A DNA stretch of 63,379 nucleotides, the filler included, from Octopus bimaculoides (taxonomy: Eukaryota): NCBI RefSeq assembly GCF_001194135.2. It is 4 parts of 4 records of this genome, joined end to end, with 100 filler letters (N's around TTAATTAATTAA, not from the genome) between each part and the next. Parts side by side here need not be neighbours in the genome. Positions count along the whole stretch, not along the records: positions 23,366 to 48,665 come from NC_068995.1; positions 48,766 to 60,906 come from NC_068982.1; 2 more parts are not named here. One strand, 5' to 3'. Position 1 is the first letter of the stretch. Each line of letters starts with the position of its first letter. The notes under the pieces were generated by a model. That model saw nothing but the letters and a program-made list of their open reading frames with translations. It was not told the origin of the DNA and did no database searches. The position numbers and the translations under genes are program-made. Positions 36,601 to 49,145 of this stretch are shown in pieces.

Positions 36601-38128
36601 ATTATAAAAGGTAATAATATCAACAAAATTAATATTTCAGAAATGATTTATTAATTGAAGTGAATTCAGTAGATTTTAAAAAAATCTTTATCAATGAAAA
36701 ATGTTTTCCCTTATTCCCTGATAAAAAGTCAGACTCAGAACTGATTCCTGTGAGTAAATCCTGGTTGAAGTATTGCTTGAGATGCTAACATTATTTCCTG
36801 CTAGGATTTGTTCTTTTTAATAAAATTCATAAAATTCAGGTGGTGTGGTGAAATTGTAACCATTTTAAATTGATTCAAATGTTAGCAAAACCTAAATTTG
36901 ACAAATATTTGGTTCCTTAAATAAATTAGCACATTTTTGATATGTGCAAAGGGATTAACATTATTTCTGAAGTGATCTTGGAAGTATAGAGCAAATAGAG
37001 TCAATCAAATAAATATAAAGCAAGAGTCAATGAAAGGGAGGCATGTTTTCATGTCATATTAAAACAAGAGGGTTCATGTTCTTTGTTAATAGACATTTCC
37101 TTGAAAGTTTTTATTTTCTTAAAAAAATATGAACAAATGAAATATGAATAAGTGACTAAAATAAAAATTAAATAATATAAACTTTTATGAAAATAAAATA
37201 TTATAAAATAATTATTGAAGAATAGGAATGATTTATACAAAAAAAAAAGCTAAAGAAACAAAATGTTCTGTTGTGAAAATTACTAAAAAAAACTGTTTGA
37301 TTCAATTGAATTAATATTAGTACATACTAAATTATAGTATGTTATTTAAAAAAATGCACAAGGACAATATCATAAATCAATTTCTGTGATTTGGGCAAGT
37401 TCATACAAAATTTGAATACAGAAAGAGCTGTGGGGAAAAATGAATAAATATTAAAAAAAAATATCAGCAGGGATGAGGTGATATAACAGAAATTAGTGCC
37501 AGCAGCAAAAGCCTTTTTTATTATTATAATATATATATATTTATCAGCAGATTAAAAAAAAAATGAAATTACCTATTTCCAAGACACATAGCTTTCAATT
37601 ATCCATTTGTGAATCCTTATACTTTCTGTAGTTACACTGATTCATTAGACATTAATTTATTCTTTAAGATTATTATGAAGCTGAAGTATAGAAAGGACAG
37701 GCAAAAATAGCCCAATATAGCTGTCTAGTACTAGAGAAAAACTGTAAACTGTTTGCAATTGAAAGGCCTGGTTGATTTTAACTGGGCACTATTAGAGAGA
37801 CAGATATAGAAAAATTCTACTTAAAAATAATAGTGGTAATTGAATTAATCATCTAAAGAGATCTAACATTAGCCAGTAGATTCATAAACTGTTGTGTAAA
37901 AAAACTTGAGAAACTGAAACTGTATATTTAGAAAGAAAGATTGGAGAGGCAGATACATCACAAAGATGACTGACTATTTAATGAAGCAAACTGGTATTGG
38001 TATATCTAAGAGAACAACAATAACAGCAGTATTGGCAGCCCAGCAAAATTAGTAGCATCACTTGAACAGCAATAGTAAGAACAGTGATGGAATATAAAAG
38101 GTAATATAGTCTTCTATGTTTCTTATTC

Positions 38129-38167
38129 TCACATCTGACAATAGTAAGGACCACGCAGCTTCAGGAA
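38129..38167 (-). CDS. SHOC2: SHOC2 terminal coding exon: FLKLRGPYYCQM*
   Basis: Matches the SHOC2 C-terminus FLKMQGPYRAMV. Acceptor tttttccag, TGA at 38129-38131, phase 0. Confidence 0.92.
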   Translation of the reverse strand, partial: FLKLRGPYYCQM

Positions 38168-38292
38168 CTGGAAAAATAAATAAAAAACTGAATTATCAAA
38201 ACATATGATATATAGAATATTCACAAAAAAGTGACAAATTCAGATTTAAGTGAAGAAAATATAAAATGATAAAATGTCAATAATGTAATAAC

Positions 38293-38462
38293 CTGAATAA
38301 CAAGAGATGGTCCTTTGTTTACAATTTCTCCAGGAATTTGACTCAGAGGGCAATTTTCTATGCTCATAATCTGTAAGTTTCCACATAAAGCCAATTCATA
38401 TGGGAGACTGTGAAGTTCAGGGTTGTCATTTATATATAAAGACTCCAAATTTTCAAGACAAC
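38293..38462 (-). CDS. SHOC2: SHOC2 (Sur-8) penultimate exon: (G)[56 protein letters not shown]
   Basis: Close to SHOC2 [54 protein letters not shown]. Acceptor cttttcag, donor gttatt. 170 bp. Confidence 0.96.
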
Positions 38463-38534
38463 CTGAAAAGAATAAAATCAACATTATAGCTTTTTATTAA
38501 AATGTTTTAAACTTCATGTTTTATACATCTTTTA

Positions 38535-38927
38535 TCTTTTACTCATTTCAGTCATGAGACTGCGGCCATACTCTGGCATCACCTTGAATTTTTTAGTCGA
38601 ATGAATTGACTCCAGTACTTATTTTTTTAAGCTTGGTATTTATTCTATCAATTTATTTTTGCTGAACAGCTAAGTTACAGGAATGCAAACACACAAACAT
38701 TAGTTGTCAAGCAGTGGTGGTGGTGGGAGGGGGGACAAACACAGACATAAAGATATATATATACGATAGGCTTCTTCCAGTTTTCATCTACTAAATCCAT
38801 ACACAAGGTTTTGGTTGGCTTGAGGCTATTGTAGAAGACACTTGTCCAAGGTGCCATGCAGTGGAACTGAACCCAGAACCACGTGATTGGGAAGCTGGCT
38901 GCTTACCACATAGCCATGCCTGCACCT
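38535..38927 (-). mobile_element. tRNA-derived SINE, near full length
   Basis: The reverse complement reads aggtgcaggcatggctatgtggtaagcagc..gttctgggttcagttcc..ccttggacaagtgtcttctac; family shared with 27040 and 40460. Confidence 0.82.
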
Positions 38928-38989
38928 ATATCATTTTTTGTAGGATAAATACTGCTAGATAAAATAATGTAGTTATTTATTAGTTTATG

Positions 38990-39325
38990 GTGAAGGTGCA
39001 TGGCTTGGTGGTTAGAGTATTGGGCTCACAATCATGATGTAGTGAGTCTGATTCTTGGACTGGGCTGTGTGTTGTGTTCTTGAGCAAGACACTTCATTTC
39101 ATGTTGCTCCAGCTCACTCAGCTGTAGAATTGAGTTGCAAAGTCACTAGTGCCAATCTGCATCAGCCTTTGCCTTACCCTTGGATAACATTAGTGGCATA
39201 GAGAGATGAGGCTGGTATGCATGGGTGACAACTGGTCTTCCATAAACAACCTTGTCTGGACTTGTGCCTCGGAGGGGAATTTTTTGGTGCAATCCCATGG
39301 TCATTCATGACCAAAGGGGTCTTTT
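38990..39325 (+). mobile_element. Second tRNA-derived SINE family
   Basis: tggcttggtggttagag (A box), gagtctgattc (B-box-like), then gtgttcttgagcaagacactt. Confidence 0.65.
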
Positions 39326-40459
39326 TATGATTTATAACCAACCAGATAAGATATTCTTAAATTCTTTAATGTTAAAAATGTGTCAGTAATCACACAAAAT
39401 ATACACCAAAGAAAGAGAGTGAGGTTCATTTACAAAAGCATGAATGATATACAATTACCAGCAGGGGGCAACATTAAATGTTTTATCACTGAACCAGTCA
39501 CAACTCAAAGTAAACAAGTCTAGATTTTGGGGAGGATACAAAAATATAAATACCAATTTAATCATTTTCTTTCAATACAAATATTTTTTCCTTGGTTGCT
39601 ACACAGTTTGAATATAAGGCCATTAACTTCAGGATCTTTGAATCATCCATTATAAAGACCTTTTGGTGGGGAAGACTACCAAAAGTTACAAGTGAACAAT
39701 TCTGTAGCATAATTTGGCTGATTGTTGATGTCTGTTCATTGAAAATAGTGCTTCAGCCTGCATATGAAGCACGGAGTAACTTTTTTCTCAACTGTGTGTT
39801 CCTATATGTACATATACACACACATACATACATACAATCATAGGAAAATATTAAACTTTCCACATAGCAGTGTTTTTTATGTTATTCTACATTTATCTTC
39901 AAACTTTGTTTTTATACCAAATAAAAAATTACAGTGCATACACAAACACATAAATGCATATAAAAACCAGTCATCATCCATAAATGAATAAAGCTTGGTA
40001 ACATGTATCATGCAATTAGTTATTTGTTTTTGATGACTACATAGTTGTGAGCAGACAGACATCCACTCAACCATCTCACTCTTTAACCCAGTGGCCTATC
40101 TGGGGTGAAATAGCTGGAAGCAGAGAAAGATGCAATAGCATTCAGCTGGTACTTATTTTTATTCTGAGTAGGCAGGAATAACATAAAATTAAATGACATG
40201 CACAAGACCATAATGAGCAGCCTGATTCAGGAATCATACTTGATGCAAAGCTGGCTTTTGTCGATGATCCATTGTAACAGTGAAATCATGTGATACAGTA
40301 GTGCCAGCCACCAGTACAGATGATCATTTCATTAACCAATGTAGTTGGTGCTTAATTAGCATGTATCATCAAGAGATGGTAATTCTGGAAGTATACAGCA
40401 GTTTAAGGTGTCCTACACAACACATTCAATTAAAATTGAATGTGCTAATTATTATATAT

Positions 40460-40815
40460 ACAAGTAAGGACTGTGGCCATACTGGGGCACTGCCTTGAAG
40501 GGTTTAGTCACACAAATTGACCCCAGAACTTTTTTTTATAAGCTTGGTACTTATTTTATTGATCTCTTTTACTGAACTGCTAGGCAACATGGATGTGAAC
40601 AAACCAATACCAATTATCAAGAGGAGGTAGAGGACAAACATGCACACACAAACAATGAGCTTGCAGTTTACATTTACCAAATCCATTTACAAGGCTTTGG
40701 TAGAACAAGGGCTATAGCAGAAGACACTTGCCTGAGGTGCCATACATGGCTGTGTGAATAGAAGTTTGCTTCCCAACCACATGTTGCTGAACCTAGAAAC
40801 ATGTGGTTGGGAAGC
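40460..40815 (-). mobile_element. tRNA-derived SINE
   Basis: Same family as 38535-38927. Confidence 0.75.
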
Positions 40816-41159
40816 CAAATAGGTCAAAGAAAGGCTTTAACACATTTCTAATGATCAGTTACAACTGTTTCATATCAACTCTGCTCTCTATGCCAGTTAA
40901 TGCAAAAGTTCCAAATGAAAATTTACATATTTGCAGTTTTAAACATTAGACCTGCATCAAAGGTGCAATCTACTGACTTGGCAGTGTTGTATTTATTGCA
41001 GCAGATTAAGACTGTATTTCCTGATACAGGAGGTGGACTTATAGAGGGATGGTGCCCTGTTCACGTTCTGTAAGTATAGTAAAGTAGACCTAAAATGAAA
41101 AAGCAAAAGAATCAGTTTTTTTTTTAAGTAACTGATGACTAGCTGTTACCATAGATAGG

Positions 41160-41930
41160 AACACTTGGGTGACAAACTTCTTAGATGTAACATTGCACCT
41201 AAACACAGTTTTGTGTAGTGCTTGCCACAAACCCCATGAAAATTTGCAGTGTGTGAATAGAAACCCTCATTACCCTAGAGTGGTCATCAAATTGATAGTA
41301 AATAGCATCTCCACTAGAATACTGAGACTGTTTGCTAACAGTGACATCACCATGCAGAATGCCAAATACTATAATGGAAGCATTGGTCAGGGCTAGGAAC
41401 AGAGAAAATCTTATATATGCCTCAGGGAGGCGTACTTTCTCTCTCTACAAATCATCTACAGATGTCATTTAAATCGGAGGGCACTAGATTTAGCCATACA
41501 TCAAATAGCATTAAAACAGACCACCATGGCAGTAGGTGACAAAACCTGTATTCTGCAACTAAGATCTTAAATAAAATAGACCCTAAGCAACACCTAGGGG
41601 GAAATAGCATATCTATCCTCACTAAACACAGTCAACAGATGTGTTTAGATCTGCTGCCTAGGAATCATAGTAACAAATTACACAAGAGGAATATAATTTG
41701 GTTTACCCCCACCACCCTGTACAGAACATTGCTACTGATAAACCTGGCATCTTTGTCAGGGCTCTTGATAAGTGTTTTCTCCCTACACTTAGATATCATA
41801 GAATATTCAAACAACACAATGTCAAGTTATCCTACTCAGCCACACCGAACTTGGTGCAAAATTTAGCTGCCCTAAATAACAGAAAGCTGAACTCTAAGGC
41901 ATATAAGGACCCAGCATAGCTTCTGGTTGA
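41160..41930 (+). mobile_element. Penelope-like RT C-terminal (thumb) remnant
   Basis: NFLDVTLHLNT..HKP.ENL..VN..IVNSISTRI.RL and RNIIWF.P..YHRIFK.HNVKLSYS.TPN. Confidence 0.8.
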
Positions 41931-41984
41931 ACCTGTTAACCCTAGTTCAACCCAACACAATAATGGCTCTCTGAAGAAGTTCAG

Positions 41985-42325
41985 GAAGAGATTTTGTTGC
42001 AAAAGGCTAGAGCACCTGCACCAATCCATAATTCCATCCTGATAATCAACTACTTGACAGAGATGGGGTCCAAGACTGTCTTTCAACCTATATACACTCC
42101 AGACCTTGCTCTCTGTGACTTCTAGTTGTTCTCCATGCTGGAGGAGATGAAGGAGGCTGTAACAAGGGTCCTGGACACCTTCACTTTGAAGGACTTCCAT
42201 GAGGCCTTCATGAAGCGGCTAGAGTGCTACATGTGCAAAGGATCCTACTTTGAAGGAGATTAGAGTTTTTGGTATTTCTTTGCAATTAATAAATGCCTCA
42301 TCTGAAAACTTCTGGAATGCTTCAC
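41985..42325 (+). mobile_element. Mariner transposase C-terminal remnant and 3' end
   Basis: APAPIH..LTEMGSKTVFQPIYTPDLALCDF*LF resembles NAxxH/YSPDLAPCDF. Confidence 0.75.
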
Positions 42326-42439
42326 ACACGCATGCACGCATGCATGTGCGCACACACACATGTATGTATGTATGCACACTCCTTGGCTTATCTTTACAAG
42401 TGAAGATTTATGAAGAGGAATGTGCATATTTGTTGCAGG

Positions 42440-42860
42440 CTTGCTGATGCTCTATGAGTCCAATTTGAGACAAACAGGCATAACCACAGAAACTGCATAA
42501 GAAGGTGGTGTCTTTATTTTTCCTCCACCTCTTAGCTGCAAGGATTCTCCAGATGTCTTCAAAAAAGGCTGTTGCCTAAAGGACATTGAGGCCAGGTCTC
42601 ATGCTCAGGGATAAGAACAGACCACTGGTGGTGATCAATGTGACAGACGCTGAAGGATTTCTTTAGGGAGCCTTTCATTAGTGATCCTCTATCTCAGTAA
42701 CCAGAGGAGAGTTCACCATACTGCATGATCTCAGGAAGTCAAGAGATTTTGTGGAGATGTTCTAGGATTTGCTACAGACCTTTTCTGCTTACAATGTCAA
42801 ATGCTTTGTTGAGGTCAACAAATGTGATATGAAATCCGTTGTTCTGCTCTCTGAGAAAAG
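42440..42860 (-). mobile_element. Decayed RTE-like RT fragment
   Basis: Minus-strand FVDLNKAF at ~42800-42825. Confidence 0.5.
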
Positions 42861-43019
42861 CATGCATACTTTTACTATCTCACTTACAGACTGTATTTGT
42901 AATGTGCAAATTAGCTGTTAATTTCTTTTTCTGAAAATCCTAGCCTATCCAGACTGTCACTTCGGCATTTTATTCACAAAACCAAGTGCACCAATTATAA
43001 TTAGTATAAATGTGAATTT

Positions 43020-43330
43020 ATAATCTTGATAAAGAAGCTGGAGTTTTCAAAGCAGTTGTCCATAGTTATCTTGTTTCTCTTTGAATTTTGAAGAGATATT
43101 CATATCATCAGGGCAGCTGACCTCAATGATGGCACATATTTTTTTCTTGTCCATCCCAAACAACAAATATTTGGTCTCATGTTTACACTTGATAGAAATT
43201 TTGATGAGAGTGTTCTGCCAATATTTCTTGTGTTGATATTTGTGTATGCATAACAGGGGGATTCTTTCTATTTATTTCAGGACAGTTTTTCAAATGGCAT
43301 TGTACAATGTCATGTTGTATATGGTGGTAG
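43020..43330 (-). mobile_element. REL-type LINE C-terminal remnant
   Basis: Minus strand gives ..HDIVQC.., DKKKICAIIEVSCP and KFKEKQDNYGQLL; same family as 62640-63000. Confidence 0.7.
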
Positions 43331-43389
43331 TACCATGATAACATTTTTGGGCATCTACTAATCATGTGTGATGTATTCCACAGAAATAT

Positions 43390-44480
43390 GACATAATCAA
43401 CATGGAATTCAAAGTATACTTTGATATTTGTGGAGATCTCTGTTTCTGCAAAGATATAAATGGCTTGTTTGCAGCTATTGGAATTGATAATGACCCAAAA
43501 GAATGGCAACTTTACACAGATAGCTCAGCAAGAATCCTCAAAGAAGTTTTACTGCCTAATGAAAATGAGTATCCATCTCTTCTTACCCATATTCTGTACA
43601 GATGGAGGAAGAATACAAAAATGTCAAAAAACTTCTTCAATGTGGACTGTAAGTGGGATGTTTGTGATGATTTTAAGCTGACTGCCTTCTTGCTTGGATT
43701 GCAGGGTGAATACACAAAATATTTGTGCTTCCTTTACCGATGGGACAGCAGAAGTGATCATGAACATTACTGGAATGTTAAGTGGCTCCACAAAATGACA
43801 TGCAGTTGGGAAAGCAAAGTGTTATCAGACAACCTCTTGAGGTTGTCTTATAACCACTGTTGACGCCAGAGAAACTTGAAAAGGCAATGAGTGATGTTGA
43901 AAGAGAGGCATTGTGATACAGTTCATGGTTTCCTAGGTAACAACAAAGATTCCAACTACAAGCAGCTGGTGACAAAGCTTATTGAGAGTTTTAAGAACTC
44001 AGGCTGTCAAAGGGGCACTTTTTGCATTCATATTTAAACTCTTTCCTGAAAACTTAGGTGAGCAGTTTATTGAGAAATTTCATCAGGAAATTGCTGCAAT
44101 GGAGAAGAGATACCAAGGAACACTAGGATACTGTCATGATGGGAGACTATGGTCACTTGCCCATAAAGATAAAGGATCTCACAGTAGGAAAACACAGTCT
44201 TCAATGCATTTCTAGTGTAATCTCATCATATACCTAATTACATTTTCCTTTTCGCTTAAAGTGAGATGCAAAAAAATGATTACAAAAATATTACTTGATT
44301 GATATTGTCACACAATGTAAATAAGGTCAATAAAGCACTTCTGCAACAAAGCACTTTTTCTTCCAATCTCTCAATCACTTAATATATTGAGTAAAATCTA
44401 AGGATATTTTTGAAATCAGAAGTAAAATACCACAAAACATTGAAAAGATTTAGAAAAACAAAATTGGTGTTACAGTGTCA
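43390..44480 (+). mobile_element. Decayed cut-and-paste DNA transposon ORF (superfamily not assigned)
   Basis: LFAAIGIDNDPKEWQLYTDSS..LKEVLL.N, DFKL.AFLLGLQG.YTKY.CFL..WDSR and FPENLG...EKFHQEI..MEKRYQG match a widespread invertebrate transposase-like family. Confidence 0.7.
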
Positions 44481-44744
44481 TAAACTATGGATGAGATCTG
44501 ATAGGATTGACTGTTTCAGCATAATAATAGTAATGGGATCAAGCAACTCAGCACAAGTCACTGATCTCCTCAGAATATATTTCCTATTCCAGATAGAGAC
44601 CTGGTTTTCTAAGCAGGGAAGTGGTGGTGGCAAGGGAATCTATATAGGGAAAATGCTCTCATCATATTAGATAGGTGTAAATTGGAAATAGAGAGATCAT
44701 TATTTAAATTCTGCAAAAATTTTTGACTATCTGTTACTACATAA

Positions 44745-45759
44745 AATAATTACTGTAGGGTAAACTTTCTTGATGAAACATTTAGTCTGAATACTAAATT
44801 ATCTGAACCATACCATAAACTAGACAAAAATCTAGGGTATGTCAATAAAAAATCCAATCACCCACCCTCTATCATAAAGGGAATTGTAAACAATATATCC
44901 AATCGAAAATCTAGATTTTCAGCAAATGAAATATTTAACTCGCGTGCACATTATTACAATGTAGCATTAGCTAGGGTTGGATATACTGAGAAAATTAAAT
45001 ATATACCTGATAATAATTTTATTAATGTATATTTCTTTAGTAGAAGAAATTACAAACACAAAATAGATGAAGGCAGTCGTCTCAATCCAAGAAAGAAAAA
45101 AATGGCACAATGAATAACACTAAAGGGGAAAATAGGGTTAATTTAAATGTTAATTATAAGTATAACAGGAATTTTTGAGATAGCAACCCTCCCACAGATT
45201 ATACTAGTCATAACAGACCGAACATCAAATATAAAAAAAATGCAATGTTTTATGGTATAATCCCTTTTTTGGATTACATGCATCATCCAAGATTGCTAGG
45301 GACTTCTTTACTGCATTGGATAGGCACTGTTCTTAATCTAATAAATACCACAAGAATTTTAACAGATATAAAGTGAAACTGTTATATGCAACATCTAATT
45401 ACTTAGAATACTACATTCCTAAGCTCAATAATAGCAAGATAAACCAGGAGGTCACTAACACCATTAAAAGGGGTAAAGACAAAAATAATCCTTTGAATAA
45501 CGATTGCAATACTAATCAAGCTTGTCCAAATAATTCTAATAAAAAAAAGTAGTAATATAGACAATGGCAAAAATAATATGAGTAATAATTGAAATACTAA
45601 AAATCTCAATAGTAGTAGTACTGGAAATGGTAAAAAGGATAGTGTTGAAGGGTATATTGAGAGCACTAATAATAACCATGGAAACAAAAAAAATAAAAAT
45701 AGAGTTAAAACTGGTTGCAACGGAATAGATAACAGTGTATATAAGAAGTACATACGTCC

Positions 45760-45760
<1 letters not shown>
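44745..45760 (+). mobile_element. Penelope-like RT thumb and Asn-rich linker remnant, ending at (TA)n
   Basis: VNFLDETFSLNT..EPYHK..VNKKSNHPPSIIKGIVNNISNR, followed by WYNP and ..HK.FNR..VKL.YAT. Confidence 0.8.
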
Positions 45761-45823
<63 letters not shown>

Positions 45824-45834
45824 CTGTGAAAGAG

Positions 45835-46660
45835 GGAAACCCAGGAAGACATGGGATTAAGTGATGAGTACCAATCTTAGGATGTTGGAGCTCATGGAGG
45901 AAATGACAATGGACCGAAATGTCTGGTGATATGAGGTCTTAGAGAAGACCTACCCACATCAGCAAAATTGAGTTCTAGAAGTGTTGTGTTCCATCCCCAT
46001 ATAACAATAACATTTTTACACAAGAACCCAAACTACATCTCTTCTCTTCCTCACATTTCCTCTTCATACACTATAGTCTTTTCTCTCACTCCCCAATCCT
46101 GTAGCAGATGCACATGAACATTAGATAATATGGACAAAAGAAGTAGATTTTCTCAAATGCCAACAAGTTTCCTTGAGGTTGTAGATAGCTTCTGTTATAA
46201 AGTGACTAAATTGGTAGTGGAGGAGGATGTCCTGAAAGTACAGTTGCTGGAATGAAAATAGGATGGAGACAGTTCAACAATATTATCTCTGATGGCAACA
46301 GAAAATTTCTCAATCAGAGTGAAAGGCAAATTGTATGATGCTTGTGTACAAACATCTATGTTCCATGATAGTGAAATGTGCACCCTGAATACAGAGGACA
46401 TGCTAAGACTGGAGAGGAATGAAGCTGGTTGTCCCAATGAATGTACATGTACGATAAAGTGCTGTGTAAAGAAGTACCAATGACTTGAAACAGATGGAAC
46501 TTGTGGAAATGGGAGATCCAGGACGACATGGTGAGGACTGATCTTAAGATATTGTACCTCACAGAGGAGATGAGAATGGACTAAATGTCTGACAATATGA
46601 GTTTCTTAGAAGACCTGCTCACCACAGCAAAACTGAGTTCCAGAAGTGCTGTGTATTATG
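45835..46660 (+). mobile_element. Two decayed RTE 3' fragments in tandem
   Basis: G.PRKTW-type C-termini at ~45835-45990 and ~46500-46650; SIRVKGKLYDACVQTSMFHDSE at 46310-46380. Confidence 0.7.
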
Positions 46661-47099
46661 TGTTCTCCATCCACAAGTTACATTAATTCTCTTTCCAATG
46701 AACCAAACCTCATCACATTTTGCACTACAATCCCTCTTACTTCCCTGCTCCCCAATGCCACTTTGTCATCTCTTTCATCCATCCTCTCCCTGCCAACTGA
46801 ATCATTGCTATCCTGCTGCTCCCCTATATATCCATATTCACCACTAACTTTTATCCCCTTCTCCCCCTTGTCCTTCCTTCTCTTCCACTCTTATGAACTC
46901 CCTGTTGACTCACCTTGTCTAGTCCTGTGTACCACTTCACTTACATTCACCTCCTTGTATCTTGAGAGTACAACCTGGCACACCTTCACTACCATTTTCT
47001 TTCTCTCTCTGACTGGGACAGCCACATATTTCCTCCACAGCATGTCACCTTTTTCTGTCCCTCTGATATAGTTTAACTTCCCATCACCTGGCACAATAC

Positions 47100-47335
47100 T
47101 CCTCCCATTCCCAGTTGAGGGGTCTTTTGTCTTGCAAGTTACTGGGTGACTTTGCAGGTGCCATGTAAAACACACCCAATACACTCTGTAAAGGAGTGGT
47201 GTTAAGATGGGCATCTACCAGTAGAAACCATGCCAAAGTAGACAGTAGCGCTTAGCATAGCCTTTTGTCTAACCAGCTCCTATCCAACCTATGCCAGCAT
47301 GAAAAATACTGTTAAATGATGATGATGATGAGGAG
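47100..47335 (+). mobile_element. RTE-tail-derived repeat
   Basis: gggcatc.accagtagaaaccatgcc...tccaacctatgccagcatg...ttaaatgatgatgat. Confidence 0.7.
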
Positions 47336-47369
47336 GATGACAATAATATATATGTGTGTGTGTACATAT

Positions 47370-48665
47370 ATCATCATCATCATCGTCGTTTAATGTCTGC
47401 TTTCCATGCTAGCATGGGTTGGACGATTTGACTGAGGATTGGTGGACCAGGAGGCGACACCATGCTCCAATCTGATTTGGCAGAGTTTCTACAGCTGGAT
47501 GCCCTTCATAACGCCAACCACTCCGAGAGTGTAGTGGGTGCTTTTACGTGCCACCGGCATGGAAGCCAGACAGCTGCTCTGGCAATGATCACGCTCAGAT
47601 GGTGCTCTTAGTGCTCCACTGGTACAGGTGCCATCATGATTTCGCTTTCGCTTGCCCCAACAGGTCTTCGCAAGCCGAGTTTAGTGTTCCTACAAATTTA
47701 GTTCGATTTTGATTTCACTTGCCTCTCCATGTCTTTNNNNNNNNNNNNNNNNNNNNNNNNNNNNNNNNNNNNNNNNNNNNNNNNNNNNNNNNNNNNNNNN
47801 NNNNNNNNNNNNNNNNNNNNNNNNNNNNNNNNNNNNNNNNNNNNNNNNNNNNNNNNNNNNNNNNNNNNNNNNNNNNNNNNNNNNNNNNNNNNNNNNNNNN
47901 NNNNNNNNNNNNNNNNNNNNNNNNNNNNNNNNNNNNNNNNNNNNNNNNNNNNTGGACAGGAGCCAGTTCATCTGCACTGGCAACGATCTCGCTCGAATGA
48001 CTTTTCACGTGCCACTGGCACAAGTGCCAGGAAAGCGACGTTGATAAAGATCACGCTGGTGCTATTTACGTGCCACCGGCATGGAAGCCAGACAGCTGCT
48101 CTGGCAATGATCACGCTCAGATGGTGCTCTTAGTGCTCCACTGGTACAGGTGCCATCATGATTTCGCTTTCGCTTGCCCCAACAGGTCTTCGCAAGCCGA
48201 GTTTAGTGTTCCTACAAATTTAGTTCGATTTTGATTTCACTTGCCTCTCCATGTCTTTGAAAGCAGAGTTTAGCATCCAATAAAGGAATGTTACGCATAA
48301 GTGGGCTGGCTACATACCTGGCAGAGGCCTTGGATTTTGGTCTCGCTTGGCCTGCCAGGTCTTCTCATGCACAGCATATTTCCAAAGGTCAAGGTCACAA
48401 GTCATTGCCTCGGTGAGGCCTAATGTTCGGAGGTCGTGCTTCACCACCTCATCCCAGGTCTTCCTAGGCCTGCCTCTTCCACGGGTTCCCTCAACCGCTA
48501 GGGTGTGGCACTTTTTCATGCAGCTATCCTCATCCATTCTCACCACATGTCCATACCAGTGCAATCATCTCTCTTGCACACCACAACTGATGCTTCTTAT
48601 GTTCAACTTTTCTCTCAAGATACTTACGGTCTGTCGGGTATGCACACTGACATTACACATCCATC
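47370..48665 (-). mobile_element. RTE LINE 3' end (C-terminus, 3' UTR, tail) with internal N gap
   Basis: LHWYGHVVRMDEDSCMKKC..GRGRPRKTWDEVV at 48310-48564; closely similar to 2110-2978 in the opposite orientation. Confidence 0.88.
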
Positions 48666-48765
48666 NNNNNNNNNNNNNNNNNNNNNNNNNNNNNNNNNNN
48701 NNNNNNNNNTTAATTAATTAANNNNNNNNNNNNNNNNNNNNNNNNNNNNNNNNNNNNNNNNNNNN
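48666..48765. other. Artificial scaffold-join spacer N44-TTAATTAATTAA-N44
   Basis: Same 100-bp structure as 23266-23365. Confidence 0.95.
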
Positions 48766-49145
48766 TAGGCCAATTGTGGCTACCTTCATTGTTAATGCCA
48801 GCTGTAGAAGTCCTCGTCCTCCCTCTTTTCTTGGCAGATAAAGACGTTCTATATCTGCCTTAGGGTGGTGCATTCTATGCATTGTCAACTGTTTTCGTAT
48901 TTTTCTGTCAACATTACATATTTCAGTAATTGACCAGTTAACGATATTGAAATTGTAAGTCACGACTGGTATGGCTAGAGCATTGATCGCTTCGATCCTG
49001 TTTCTTGCATTCAGCTCTGTCTTCAGTATTGCTCTCACCCTGCGATAACATTCTCTTCTGATCCTTTCCTTCATCACTGAATGCTTGATATTGTCCCCTT
49101 CAATTACGCCTAGGTATTTGTTGCTCTCCGCTGGTTGCCTTTAAT
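48766..49145 (-). mobile_element. R4/Dong-like LINE fragment (post-RT thumb region)
   Basis: KYLG..KERIRRECYRRVRAILKTELNARNRIEAIN.LAIPVVTY..HHPKADIERLYLPRKEGGRGL. Confidence 0.85.

Noticed and set aside
38463-48665. Further upstream SHOC2 LRR exons
   Set aside because: By-eye search for an exon ending ..LPEEIG found none; they presumably lie beyond a long intron or on another block.
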